From: Felis catus
Lineage: Eukaryota
DNA length: 64,000 nt
Assembly: GCF_018350175.1 (NCBI RefSeq)
Contig: NC_058377.1
Location: 98,704,001-98,768,000 of the forward strand
Direction: 5' to 3'
Part shown: positions 25,501 through 37,132 of the stretch, in pieces
How the letters are laid out: each line of letters starts with the position of its first letter
How positions within the stretch are numbered: position 1 is the stretch's first letter
Notes under the pieces: model-generated
Told to the model about the DNA's origin: nothing
The model's input: only the letters and a program-made list of their open reading frames with translations
The model's database searches: none
Position numbers and translations under genes: made by a program

Positions 25501-28500
25501 TCAGACAAGCAAGAATGAGATGTGGGTGACCCCAGGGTCTAGCCCCTGTCCTCCCTTCCCTGGGGTTAAGTTCCATTGCTCAAGCCCTTGGGTGGCTTGG
25601 CATTTGCCAGCAGAGAGGGCAACTGCCGCTACAAGAACTTTACTCCTGCTCTCAGAAGAGAACAGACTTCTGCCCTGGAGACTGCAGGGGGAGAAGGAGT
25701 CTGGTGTCTCCAGGGCACTGGGGGTGAGGACTCAATGAGAAGACACAGAGACTGTGGAAAGCACCAGGAAAAGAGCAGCGGCCTGAGAAGGGAGACTCTG
25801 CATTCCCCAGATCCCGATCAGGAACGTGCCCAGGCTATCAATCAGCAACAGTGCAGTCCTCTAGCAGGCATTCTGGGAACCGCCAGACCAGCTACCACCC
25901 GCCCGCAACCTGCAGAGCAGGCCAAGGAGATGGGAGGTGGGGGCTGGGGCACTGTGCTGGGGCCGGCTCACAGGTTTGTTAAACTGTTAAATGATGAGGA
26001 TACTGTAGCCAGTTGATATCATGTTGGTGCTTGAAATCTGCTGTGGTCGAAATTGCAAATGCTACAAATAAATAATAGCCTTCCCCTCCACCCCCACCCC
26101 GCCTTCCCAGAGAGCCAACTGATAAACGTTTATCAGCACACCACTGGAAAGAACCACTTGGACGGAGTCAAATTTGACTGTGGAGAATGACAGCTACTAC
26201 CAGCTCGGAGAACACAGGCTGCAGAGGAGATGGGGACATAATCCATCCTCCGTTCCAACACAGGCTCTTTCTCCAGTTTCTAATGCCAGGAAACTGGCCT
26301 CCCAGGACATCATTGTGGTCTCATCAAATGACTCCTGCTCTGGTGGTACCAATCCAAATTCTTCTCAGCAGTTAGAGAGGCACACCCTTGGGGGCACCCC
26401 CACCAGAGGGGCCTTGAGCCAGCCCTAAGGCCAGGCCATTGCTCACAGCCAGCCTCCTGCCCCCAGGGACATGGGCCCTCCCTCCCCAGAAGCCCCTTTC
26501 CCTTTGGGCTCCAGATGTGTCCCCACATGGCACCACCCTATCAAACCTCCTGTAAACCTTTTGCTATTTCCGGCTCCCAGGTACCGCCAGCTCCCAGCTC
26601 CCTGAAGTGGGGCTGCAATTAAGCTGGCCCCCCCTGGCTTCCACCAAGAGCCCTTCTTGATCCACAGCCCAGAGGCCAAGCACAGAGAGCCAGGAACACA
26701 CCTACCTGGCTGGGCCCCCTCAGGCTCATCACACCCTGGGGAAACAGAAACATGTTGCAGCTCTGCTTTGTAGTGGGAAAAGGGGTCACCAGGTGCCGGG
26801 GTGAGGGTGGGAATGGGGGTGGGTCCCCCCCTGCTCTGTTTTGTGTCTTGGCCACATAGGCCAGGAGGATAGAGACTATGTCACACCACATTAGATACTC
26901 CTGATGCCCCAATCAGGTCCATTTCTGGAAGTGAGGAGAGAAAGTTCTGAACCTTTGGGTGACTCTCTTGTGCCCAGGTAAGGACCCGGCCAGGTAAGAA
27001 CTCTCAGCCTTGCTTCTGCATGGATGAAAGAAGTCATAGCCAAGGCTTCCAACCCAGGCTTGGGTACCAGGCAGGCACCAGGAACACAAATGCCATGGAA
27101 ACGCCTCTGACATTAGGGGCAACTCTTTTAACTGCCCCATCCCTCTCTGAGCCCAGCATTTAGAGATATGGACCTCCCTATGGCTTCCCTACGGCCAGAT
27201 GCCTCTAGGGCCCCCTTAAGCCAGCACCACTGGGCTCCAGAGCCATGTGCTGCCTGGCCTCCTTTGCCCACCCCAATGCCTCAGAGCAGAGCCATGCTGC
27301 CATGCTAGCTTACAGTTGCCTGTCCTTACCAGTGAGGACGACCGTTAGGGGAAAGACAACGAATCCTATCACTCTAATTTCCTCTTCTCGTAGTACAACC
27401 TTACAGGCAGAAATCAGGTCACCAGCATCCTTGCGACCTCCCCTACTCTGGGTCTGGCGTTAAGAACAGGAAAGTGGGAGCTCACTAAGGCCGAGACCCA
27501 AGGCGGGGCTCATACCCACTCTCACGAAGGTAGCACATCTTCCTGGGACCTGATGCTCCAGGGGGTCATGGGCTCCCTAACTTCTGGAAGGACACTCTGC
27601 CATTCCAGACTTCGTTGGAGGTAGGGCTTCCCCAACAGGAACTGGCAGCTCCCTGGTCCCCAGTAACTGATGGGATGGAAAGGCTGACATCAGGACAAAG
27701 GGAAGGGAGATCAACTGCCGCTCATTCAGGGCCAACTATGTTTCGGCTCCAGGCTAGACCCTGATAGACAGTCACTACTGTAATCCTCTCAGCGACCCTT
27801 TGAGGAAGACATGAGTTCACAGAGCAGAGCTGGAAATCAAACCGGGGCTTTCTGACTTCAAAGTCTCCTAAGCCACACCGCCTCCCACACGCCATTGGCC
27901 AATAGAGACAACCGGGTCACAGGTCAGGATGTGCTTGCAGGTGAACAGGCCAAATGGCCATCACAATCAAGTGTGTGAGTTTAAAGAATGGTAGGTGTGC
28001 TCAGGAGCCCCGGGGTCAGGGGTCAGACCACAGAGTGGGCACCCGCCCGTCCCCCAGTCCCTACCCCCTGAGAGGCCGGGGGTGAGACCAGGAGGAAAAC
28101 AGTGCACTGCTGGCTGTGCTCACCTGCCACCTCCACAATCTGGTGCCGGGCGATGTCGTAGTAAGGGTCATCCCACTTCAGGTGTGTCACGGGTTCCGGG
28201 GAGCTGCTTTTGGAGTCATCTGAGGAACACGGCAAAGGCAGGGGGTCATCTGGGGGACTGGAAGTGTTCTCCCCAAGATCTGTGTTCTTTGATCCTCCCC
28301 ATCTCCACCATAGGACTTGTGCTACCAGTCCCACCCTGGGGCTGGTCTCCCTGCCCTCCTCCTGCTCTCCTGGGGTCTTCCTCCGACAGGAAGGGAGTCT
28401 CCCCTTCTAAGGCATGTATGGCTGCCTGAGATCCGGCAGCACCCACCTGACTTGGGGAAGTCGGGCATCTCGTCTGAGGGCCAGTTCTTCTCATCAATGG

Positions 28501-28579
28501 AGGCTAGCTTCAGCTGGTTCAGAGCCTGGCTGGTGTCATCCAAGGTCAGGTCATCCTGCAACTCTGAAAGCGGGTCCAT
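13555..28579 (-). CDS. ARHGAP1: Rho GTPase-activating protein 1 (Cdc42GAP/p50RhoGAP; BCH/CRAL-TRIO plus RhoGAP domains)
   Basis: complement join(28447-28579,28124-28219,20844-20931,16707-16838,16009-16095,15708-15806,15234-15341,15073-15149,14783-14860,14177-14305,13893-13996, last exon mostly in gap ending 13555). Reads [10 protein letters not shown]...EGIFRRS (arginine finger)...SPDSGGL*. Confidence 0.95.
13893..13996 (-). CDS. ARHGAP1: ARHGAP1 exon (IDESQRV...FLTAFLVQ)
   Basis: GT-AG boundaries; ORF 13389-13976. Confidence 0.92.
14177..14305 (-). CDS. ARHGAP1: ARHGAP1 exon (LPVDFDQY...[11 protein letters not shown]...)
   Basis: RhoGAP motif; GT-AG boundaries. Confidence 0.93.
14783..14860 (-). 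CDS. ARHGAP1: ARHGAP1 exon ([12 protein letters not shown]..., arginine finger)
   Basis: GT-AG boundaries; ORF 14622-15068. Confidence 0.93.
15073..15149 (-). CDS. ARHGAP1: ARHGAP1 exon ([12 protein letters not shown]...LQAH)
   Basis: GT-AG boundaries, phase-consistent. Confidence 0.92.
15234..15341 (-). CDS. ARHGAP1: ARHGAP1 exon with proline-rich SH3-binding segment ([11 protein letters not shown])
   Basis: GT-AG boundaries, phase-consistent. Confidence 0.92.
15708..15806 (-). CDS. ARHGAP1: ARHGAP1 exon ([10 protein letters not shown]...RQVL)
   Basis: ORF 15704-15895. Confidence 0.92.
16009..16095 (-). CDS. ARHGAP1: ARHGAP1 exon ([14 protein letters not shown]...)
   Basis: BCH-domain motif; GT-AG boundaries. 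Confidence 0.92.
16707..16838 (-). CDS. ARHGAP1: ARHGAP1 exon ([14 protein letters not shown]...EFDR)
   Basis: ORF 16673-16876. Confidence 0.93.
17200..17394 (+). mobile_element. CanSINE with TSD TATTTAGCTTTTA
   Basis: TSD at 17187-17199 and 17395-17407. Confidence 0.9.
18669..19105 (-). mobile_element. Two tandem CanSINEs inside an old L1 fragment
   Basis: 18669-18878 and 18904-19105. Confidence 0.9.
20844..20931 (-). CDS. ARHGAP1: ARHGAP1 exon ([15 protein letters not shown]...)
   Basis: ORF 20840-21028. Confidence 0.93.
21180..22560 (+). mobile_element. Nested cluster: old L1M 3' end, CanSINE (21402-21609), young carnivore L1 3' end (21617-22133), CanSINE (22329-22523)
   Basis: L1 3'UTR motifs, G-rich tract, poly-A tails and TSDs. 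Confidence 0.85.
22870..23429. mobile_element. Two CanSINEs (22870-23070 on -, 23225-23429 on +)
   Basis: Consensus match; TSDs. Confidence 0.85.
25950..26146 (+). mobile_element. MER63-like non-autonomous hAT DNA transposon
   Basis: Ends ...TGTGCTGG / ...CAGCACACCACTG; internal GTTGGTGCTTGAAATC. Confidence 0.6.
28124..28219 (-). CDS. ARHGAP1: ARHGAP1 exon (DSKSSSPE...IVEVA)
   Basis: ORF 28023-28334. Confidence 0.93.
28447..28579 (-). CDS. ARHGAP1: ARHGAP1 first coding exon (exon extends to 28616 as 5'UTR)
   Basis: ATG at 28579-28577, [15 protein letters not shown]. Confidence 0.94.
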
Positions 28580-30420
28580 GACCAAGCCTGTCCCTCACAG
28601 CTTCGCTCCACAGAACCTGAAGAGAAACCGGGGGTGGGGTGAGCAAGTCAGGGGCACCCTCTTTTCCCCTGTGACTTCTACAGCGAGCCCTCCTGATCTC
28701 ACTCTTTCCTCCCGCAGTGTCCCCTGTTCCTGTTCCTCAACACTTCGCATCCTTGCCAAGAGCTCCATGTAGCCCTGGGTTCTCCACAGGCATGATGCCA
28801 GAAAAGGCAGCTGGGGCAGAGGATGGTGCAGCTCAGGGCGTGCCCTCAGGTCGTCCAGTTGGATAAGGGATGAGCCGTGCCAGGGCCCATGCTGCCCACT
28901 GCCTATCTGGTTCAGCAATGCAGTCCCAGCTGCAGAGAGTAGAAGTCTACACCCCGTCCTCAGGGGTCATAGAGCACAGAAGCTTCCTAGGTGCCAGCAG
29001 TTAGAGGGTAGAGATGTTGCAAGCATCTACGGAGTACAGGGATATTCCACATGAAAAGTTATTTGTGGCCTTGTCTATTCCATCCCTCACTTTTGTCCTG
29101 GGAACAGGAGGTGGCCAGAGACCACAGGGTCCCAGAAAAAAGTCAATGGTCAAGGTGCCCAGCTGGGTTTGCCCCAGGACAGAAACAAGAAACGGGATGG
29201 AATCTGCCTGCCAGTCAGAGTGGGCAATCTTCAGGCTCTTGGGGGCTCCCAGGCCCACTCTAAACTGCAGGGAGCTCTGAATGCTAGTTTCAAGGTGGGA
29301 AAGGTCAACAGACAGTGCCAAGCATTGGAGAGCACAGATGGGAAAGTGGGAATCCCATGGCATTCAGAGTGTTAAGCTACAGGAGTCGAAAAACAGACCA
29401 GCAGTCACAGCAGACCGAGAGGGAGAAGAGCCAGCTCGGAAGCTGGGCTTGCCCAGGTCTAGGTCTGGCAGCAAGGATGTGGCCCCATGAAGCCCGAGAG
29501 CAGTACCTTCTGCCCTCGGCCCTAAACGGAGGCCAATCCCCTTCCGTCCCAAATTCACCCTGTGGGTCAGGGAGGGGATTGAATCCACTCAGTCCAACCC
29601 CAGAGAAGAGGCTGCTCTTAAGCACACTACATTCCTAGAGCCCAAAAATGACATATATAGTCAGAGAATCAGCAGGGCAGATAGAGTCCAGACAAGACCA
29701 GGCACAGGGAGGGAGAAGAGGGGGGAACTGCTAGCTAGGATCCAGACCCCAAACACCTCTGGGCTCTAAGGCAACATGACAACCTCCTGCACACGTCACG
29801 TCACAGCCGAGGACTCTGGCTGGTAAACCCGGCTCCCTGTGCCTAGCAACAACCACCCTGTTACCAGGGCAACCACACTGATTCAGTGGCAAAAGCTGTT
29901 CCAAGCTCCTGAGTCAAAGCCAAGCAGCCAAATAGCCAAACAGCCATAAAACAAAAACCAAAATCCAGAAAGTCTTTCTCCTCCTTTCCTCTGGCCTCTT
30001 CTCTGCTACACTTATTCACTACTGCTGATTACCACCAAAATAGAAATCCCTTCCATGAGCACAGAGAAAGATGACCCTCTCTTATCTGGGAATGCACTTC
30101 TCTCAGTGAGTGCTGCTGTGCCCCACACCCCTGCTCTCCCATTGCCCTTCAAGCCTCCAATGCAGGCAACTCTAAGTCTTGAGGAATCCACTCCTGATTC
30201 ATCGACAAACTCCTCCCATTCAACCAGATGGCTGTGAGGATTCCCCGAAAGGGGACTCCACTGGGTAACAGGGACAGAACTCAGCACACAGTAACCCCTG
30301 TTAGGCCTGAGTCTTCTCTTCAGGCCTTCTCTTCTGTCACTGACCAGGCACCAAGCGCTCCATTAGCCCTGCCCACAGCTATCCCAGAGAAGTCTTTCTG
30401 CACAACAGTGGGTCTTAACT

Positions 30421-30461
<41 letters not shown>

Positions 30462-32180
30462 GGGATGAGGGATATGGAGAACTGGATTATAGTCCTGCTG
30501 GAGCCAATGAGTTGCAAAGATGCTGGGCAAGTCTTTTCCTAACTAGACTTACATCTCCTTATCTATAAAAGCGCAGACTCCTTCCAGAAACATAATTCTC
30601 CAGTATTCTAAAATACTCACACTGAAGTGAACAACAGGGTTAGAAGGAACAGCTGCGAGCTGAAGTATGTGTGAGGGAAGGAGAGGGACACCTTCTAAAA
30701 GGGAGTTGAACTTGAACTCCACCTCTTTTCCAGTAACTGCTCCTCTGTTTTGTCTGTTCTTCCCAAACTGACCCCTCCCCCACCCCATAGCCTCCTTTTC
30801 CAGCATAACTAATCACAGTTGTTTCCACCTCCCAGCCAGACTGGCTTCAACCCACAGCTGCTTTCCCCTGTGAACCCTGAAGTTTAGCTCCCACTCAGTG
30901 GGAGGGTGAGGGAAGCTGGCTCAGGGAAATTCTAATATAAAGGGGTGGCCATGAAGTATCCTGGCTGCCTAAGACTCCAGTCACCTACAAGCCCTGTTCC
31001 ACTCTGTGCAAAATACTCCTTACTCTGAGATTAGTATTTCTCTTCTCCACAGGTAATATCTACTTTTACAAAGATCTTTGAGAATCATTTCAGGCAGAGG
31101 TTTTCACCTCTGGACTTCTCTGAAATTCTGATGAAATCTGTGGACTTTTTCCCTAAGAAAAATCAGCACATGCATGAAATCTTCTTTGCAATTTTAAGGC
31201 CCTCTGAGAATCTAAGAATCCCTGACCTATTCAGCACACAGATGCTGTCATTTGTTGAATGACTGAATGAGTGAATTCGTCTCCTAAATGGAGAAGGGAA
31301 CCAATATTTGTTGAGAGCCTATATAGTGCTATAAATAGACAAATTACCTTTTAACTTCACAACAGCACCATGAGGTTTGCATTACCAGGCCCATTTTACT
31401 GCTCGAGGAAAGTCAGGGCCAGAAAAGATAAGCAAACTGTTTAGGCAGGTCATACAGCTGAGTCAAGATTTTAATCTATATCTGTATAAAGTGGTCTCTT
31501 GATGCAGGTCAGTCCCTCAACACTTCTTTAAATGACTGTCATTCATGTGATTCTGAAGGTTCAGAGAGGTGCCATGAAAAAACAAAGTAAAGCCTCTCCC
31601 CTAATCTTCACGAAGAACTGAGATAACTTGAAATCGTATTCTCTGGCATTGGGACCGCCCTCCTAGTTGGGGCTCCAAAATTGCGAATATGCAAATCCCA
31701 TGACACAACAGAGAGACTTTCGACTACAAATGCATTTGTACAGAGCTTCGTGGTTTACAAAACCCGTAATAGGTGTAATTATCCCATTTCAGAGATTAAG
31801 AAATAGAGATGAAAGCGTGGCCTAATTAGTGGCAGGCTGGAATACTTCCCCCAAATTTCTTGCTCTTAGCGCTTCGCCAGTTCGGACCAAAGAGACTTCC
31901 CCTTACCGTGGGCTTGCTCGATGACAGGGATCTGACCTAGACTCTGCCCTGGGAAGTGCAGGAGGAAAGCAGCAAAGGAGACAAGTCACCTCGGTGCAGA
32001 CCCAGGAGGGGGCTGAAACCCGCTGTGGGAAAGCCAGGCCCCATACCACTCCTGCTCCCTTCCTAGGATCCGCTCGAATCATCCCCCTCCTGACCCTATG
32101 CCTTAAAGTGACCTGTCTAGTCCCTCCCTTCTCCCCCCCACCCCCACCACCCAGGAAGACCCCCGCGCTCCGCAGCTCAC

Positions 32181-32300
32181 CGTGGTCGGGCACTGCTCCC
32201 TGTGCCACGCCTGTCAAAGCTCGGCAAACATCCGGCTCCGCGGTAGAACGGGAACCGCCCCCTCCGGGGCTCCTCACTCCCCAACCACTTCCGCCACACC
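32181..32300 (-). other. ARHGAP1: Probable non-coding first exon of ARHGAP1 (upper bound approximate)
   Basis: ACG|GTGAGC donor on - strand at 32180, inside the CpG island. Confidence 0.6.
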
Positions 32301-32687
32301 TCCAACCCACTTCCGGCTCGCTGCCAGGTCCAAACATGGCTTTCCAGGATCCCCTCCCACTTTCCTGCACGTGCTGGCTTAAATGCCCGCCTGGGAGAGG
32401 GACAGCATAAGTGTCCGACCCGTCCCTCCCAAAAGGAGGTGATTGGAACAATTAGTTCCGCTTTCCCTGGAGCTCGAATCCCTAGTGGTCCGCTGGAATC
32501 CTGTGGTTCTTATTGTTGTCAGACGGAGTTTTGCCTCGCCGGTATTCCCCGACTCCCGGTTCTGTGTACCAATGAGTCAGACTCTTCGGATTCTCTCCCG
32601 ACAGGAAATTTGGAAGCCAATGGTTGTTTCCGGGAGGAGCGGAGAAGAAGACGCTCACTTCCGGCGGAAGGAGGCTTTTCTGAAGGG

Positions 32688-32736
32688 ATGGAGGAGGCAG
32701 AGGAGCTGCTCTCCGGGGGCGAGAGACTGCAGTGCG
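32688..32736 (+). CDS. ZNF408: ZNF408 exon 1, coding part
   Basis: GGGATGG Kozak context; G|GTTAGT donor. Confidence 0.85.
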
Positions 32737-35700
32737 GTTAGTGACCTGCGGCGTCTCTGACCCTCGGCCCCGTCCTTAGGTGGACCTGCTGTTCCCTGGT
32801 CAACTCTCTACCCCCAGGCCCTTTTCCTCCCTAGCCTGGAATCCTCCGGTGCCCTCAGATGTCTCTGGGGGGTTAAGAGTCCTCGAATACCCTCAAACCT
32901 CCTAGGGGCTCCGTTAGAGCTCTAACATCCCTCAGACTGCCGAGGCCTAGCTGGACCTGCGGTTTCCCCCCGTATCTGTCCCCACCCTCATGACCCTTTG
33001 GACTGGCTCCCTTACTGCCTTCCCATTTCCCTGCAGCCCCCGACCCGCGCCTGGGCCCGGAATTAGGATGGATCCCTTCTGGACAAGGCTTTGCTCGAGG
33101 CCTCAAAGATTTCCCGCCCGGGCCGACCCGGGCCTTCCTCGCTCTAAAGAGCCTTCCCCGGGGCTTGGCCCTTGGCCCTTCACTCGCCGAGGAACCGTGT
33201 TTGGGGGTCTGGTGTGTCGGGGAGCCCCTGCAGCCGGGACTGCTCTGGGGGCCTCTGGAAGACGAGTCTGTCTCCAAGCAGAAGGAGGAAGGAGTGAAAC
33301 TACGGCTGGAGGAGGTATTGAAAGATAGGACGTGTCTCCGTGACAGATCTTGCAAGAGGTTCAGCCATTTGTAAACAGCTCTTCAGTTTGTTAGAAGAAG
33401 CAGGACATTTCAAGAGATAGGAGATGGTTATGCCCCTTCTTTCCAGGACTGCCTCTTCCCCTCACTTGCAGTAGTTAAGGAATCAAGGTGCAAACAGTGC
33501 CGAAAGCTGGATAAAATGGCATGCCTCATTTAACTCATTTGTAAAATTAAAAAATAGCTGTTTCCTTTTTTCCCCCCAACTTGCCAGGGTTATTTGGAGC
33601 AATAGATGAAATAGTGTGGGTAAAGGGTTTCATTGCATAGTAAGTCTTAAAAAGTAAAGAAAAGTTGATGTACCTCTTACAACTTTTTATTGTTTGGCAC
33701 ACTCAATGGAAGGCAGTAATGTATTCAACTTGTGATATTCCACATATTGGGAGGGAGGTGAGGGGAGAGTCTTTTGGTCTTTACTGAACGAAAAATCAGA
33801 CAACACAGTCCTGTAGAGGAAGAATCAGAGACCGTTAACCTTCCAGGGGCTTCATATTAGATCTGTCTCAGGAGAGGTTACATCCCCCCCCCCCACCCCC
33901 GCCCCCGATTCTGGTTCCCCAAACACATGGGAGAAGGACTCTTATTGGTTTATTTCAGGACGTGTCACTAGGCCCATGGGGAGACGTGTGTGCTTGTGAG
34001 CAGAGTTCAGGCTGGATCAGGTAAGTTACAGGAGAGTACGTAGTGAAGATGGTCCTTTGAGGCTTTCTGTTATGGCATGAGTTGGAACCAGAAGCCCACT
34101 GTAATTCCCCACCCAGCGATTTTTTTTTTTTTTTTTTTTTTTTTGCAGTCAGTGTTCCAAAGGCATGGGGTCTTTTAGGACTCAGACTGCCCAGGAGCTG
34201 GGGCTTTAGGGAGGGTCACTTGAAGAGGGTCTCCTGAGCTCGCTCTTCCTCTGCTTTGCAGTCTGGTGCAGCAGGGCAGGCTGGAAGGTGAGGGAAACGT
34301 AGCCCTGGTGCGGATCAACGAGAAGCTGCATCTGCAGGTGTACCGGGTTGTGCTGCCAGGCTTTGAGTTGCTGCTGTGGCCCCAGCCTCCCTCTGATGGC
34401 CTGAGCCCCACCCGGCCCAGGCTAGAAGAAGAGGCAGCCATGGCTGTGGTGACCGAAGTGGACTCCGCTTCACAGCAGGAAGTGGACTCCCCTGGGGAGG
34501 ATGCAGCAGAACCTTGGACAGGTATGTGTCAGATACAACGCTGGCTTCCGAAATTATCGCCAAATCAACCTTGATATGACAAGGCAAAGCTGTGGCTCAG
34601 GGAGGTAAAGGAGAGCATCACAGAGTTTTTAATAGTTTCTCTGAGATGGAAGGGCAAAACCTGGATATTTATTGAAATTTTGAAGTCTGGTAGGTCTTTC
34701 AGTGTAGATGGGACAGGGCTTGATCAGATTGAATAAGGATCGTGACATAATGGCTTAGGACTTGTAGATACAAGGCTAGAATTTTCAGTAAAAGGCTCAG
34801 AGAGTCTTGGGGTGTGACCTATCATTTGATGCTTTTATTTATTTATTTATTTATTTATTTTTAACGTTTATTTATTTTTGAGACAGAGAGAGACAGAGCA
34901 TGAACAGGGGAGGGGCAGAGAGAGAGGGAGACACAGAATCTGAAACAGGCTCCAGGCTCTGAGCGGTCAGCACAGAGCCTGATGCGGGGCTCGAACTCAC
35001 GGACCGTGGGATCATGACCTGAGCTGAAGTCGGACGCTTAACCGACCGAACCACCCAGGCGCCCCTTGATGCTTTTATTGCAGCCTGATTGGGTCTTTTC
35101 CTTACAATGAATAGTATTGATATTTGCAACTTTTATCTTCCTGAGTAAGTTTTCTGGAATAGTAAGGTCATGTCAATGAAGACAGCAAGCTCTATATGAG
35201 GTTTCCAATTTCTCATGTTTCTTCTATCTGGGGTGGGTGTAGAGGTTCCTTTATTTTCAGATGAACTAAGGCGAGGAGGTGGTGGCCTAGTTCGTCCTAA
35301 GTGTGCGTCTCCAGAGGGAAAATAGGAGCCCCTAGGAGAGCCTTGTTCTAGGACTGTCTAGAGGTTTGGGGCACTGGGGTTCCCAAGAGTGCTTCCCCAG
35401 GAGGCACCTAAGACTGAACATGAAGATGAACAGAGCACATGGTTCATGTTCCAGGGAAGAGAGTGGTGTCATTGCTCCTGTTGAAGTTCAGGTTCAGGGG
35501 CTGAGTAGGAGGAGACACATATTCTTAGAATTTCCTAGTAACACCACTGCCACCCCCTGCTACAGTTTCTACTAACCCCAGCGCCCCCACTCTTGCCTTG
35601 CAGATCCCGGTCACCAGTCACCCCCCAGCATCCAGGCAGAGAATATGTTAAGCCCCGGACCTAAGCCTCAAACCCAGGATCAACTTCCCGAGGAGAGCCA

Positions 35701-37132
35701 ACCACTTGGCCTGCTCCCTCGGGGTGGCAGCATGGATGAGGAGGATCTACCCCAGACACAGATGTCACCTGAACCTCAGAGCAGCTCCACTACCCAGCAG
35801 GGCCCAGAGAGTAGTGAGGCCAGTTCCTCGTCTTCTGCCAGGGCCACCCACCTGCATGCTTACCTGGTCAAGAAGTTATGTGGCCCCAGTGAGCAGTGCC
35901 CACCCAGAGCAAAGACCTCGGAGTTCAGGGCCCAGCAGGCTGGGGAGCAGCAACAGGCCGGCCTCCCTGCATGCTTGCGGAGCCCTCCTGGCCCAGGAGG
36001 AAGCCCCCCAAAACAGAGACGACGGTACCGGTGTGGGGAGTGTGGCAAAGCCTTCCTGCAGCTGTGCCACCTGAAGAAGCATGCGTTCGTGCACACAGGC
36101 CACAAACCCTTCCTTTGCACTGAGTGTGGCAAGAGCTATAGCTCAGAGGAGAGCTTCAAAGCCCATATGCTGGGCCACCGCGGAGTGCGACCCTTTCCTT
36201 GCCCACAATGCGACAAGGCCTACGGCACCCGGCGAGATCTCAAAGAGCACCAGGTGGTACATTCAGGTGCCAGGCCCTTTGCCTGTGACCAGTGTGGCAA
36301 GGCCTTTGCCCGCCGGCCCTCCCTGCGACTGCATCGCAAGACCCACCAGGTGCCGGCGGCCCCTGCCCCGTGCCCATGCCCTGTTTGTGGGCGCCCCCTG
36401 GCCAACCAGGGCTCTCTGCGCAACCACATGCGACTCCACACAGGAGAAAAGCCCTTCCTGTGCCCACACTGTGGCAGGGCGTTCCGCCAGCGGGGCACCC
36501 TGCGTGGTCACTTGCGGCTGCACACGGGGGAGCGTCCTTACCGCTGCCCGCACTGTGCCGATGCCTTTCCGCAGCTGCCTGAGCTGCGGCGCCATCTTAT
36601 CTCTCACACCGGGGAGGCCTACTTGTGCCCTGTGTGTGGGAAGGCCCTCCGAGACCCACATACACTGCGTGCTCATGAGCGTCTGCACTCAGGGGAGAGG
36701 CCCTTCCCGTGCCCCCAGTGTGGCCGTGCTTACACACTGGCCACCAAGCTGAGGCGCCACCTCAAGTCCCACCTGGCCGACAAGCCCTATCGCTGTCCCA
36801 CCTGTGGCATGGGCTACACCCTCCCCCAGAGCCTCAAGCGGCACCAGCTCAGTCACCAGCCTGGGGCACCCTCCAGCCCACCCAGTGTGCCACCTGCTGC
36901 TTCCGAGCCCACCGTGGTACTGGTGCAGACTGAGCCAGAACTGCTAGATACATGCAGCGAACAGGACGTCTCCCCAGCCCGGGACGTCTTCGAGGTCACC
37001 ATTTCTGGGAGCCAGGAGAAGTGCTTTGTGGTGCCTGAGGAGCCAGGCCCCGCCTCCAGCCTGGTGCTCATTCATAAGGACATGGGCTTTAGTGCCTGGG
37101 CAGAAGTGGTGGAGGTGGAGACGGGCACCTGA
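32688..37132 (+). CDS. ZNF408: Zinc finger protein 408 (PRDM17; degenerate PR/SET region plus 10 C2H2 fingers), 725 aa
   Basis: join(32688-32736,33037-33314,33959-34020,34262-34521,35604-37132) = 2178 nt, open frame MEEAEELL...[11 protein letters not shown]. Confidence 0.95.
33037..33314 (+). CDS. ZNF408: ZNF408 exon 2
   Basis: [11 protein letters not shown]...[20 protein letters not shown]-like. Confidence 0.9.
33959..34020 (+). CDS. ZNF408: ZNF408 exon 3
   Basis: [19 protein letters not shown]; AG|GTAAGT donor. Confidence 0.9.
34262..34521 (+). CDS. ZNF408: ZNF408 exon 4
   Basis: ORF 34266-34574. Confidence 0.9.
34833..35065 (-). mobile_element. CanSINE, TSD TTGATGCTTTT
   Basis: Near-consensus sequence. 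Confidence 0.9.
35604..37132 (+). CDS. ZNF408: ZNF408 exon 5 with 10 C2H2 zinc fingers
   Basis: 495-aa ORF 35645-37132 with CxxC...HxxxH repeats and TGEKP-type linkers. Confidence 0.96.

Larger units (their letters stand above)
32150..32760. promoter_or_regulatory. Bidirectional CpG-island promoter shared by ARHGAP1 and ZNF408
   Basis: CpG-rich. ETS/GABP sites CACTTCCG at 32286, ACTTCCGG at 32309 and palindromic CTTCCGGCGGAAG at 32658-32670; YY1-like AACATGGC at 32333; CCAAT boxes near 32442, 32569 and 32617. Confidence 0.8.

Noticed and set aside
34872-35129. Recurring peptides such as AQVMIS...[11 protein letters not shown] suggesting a gene family or tRNAs
   Set aside because: Translations of tRNA-derived CanSINEs; neither genes nor functional tRNAs.
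36081-36752. Overlapping alternative-frame and antisense ORFs in ZNF408 exon 5
   Set aside because: Expected in GC-rich coding sequence; no independent signals.
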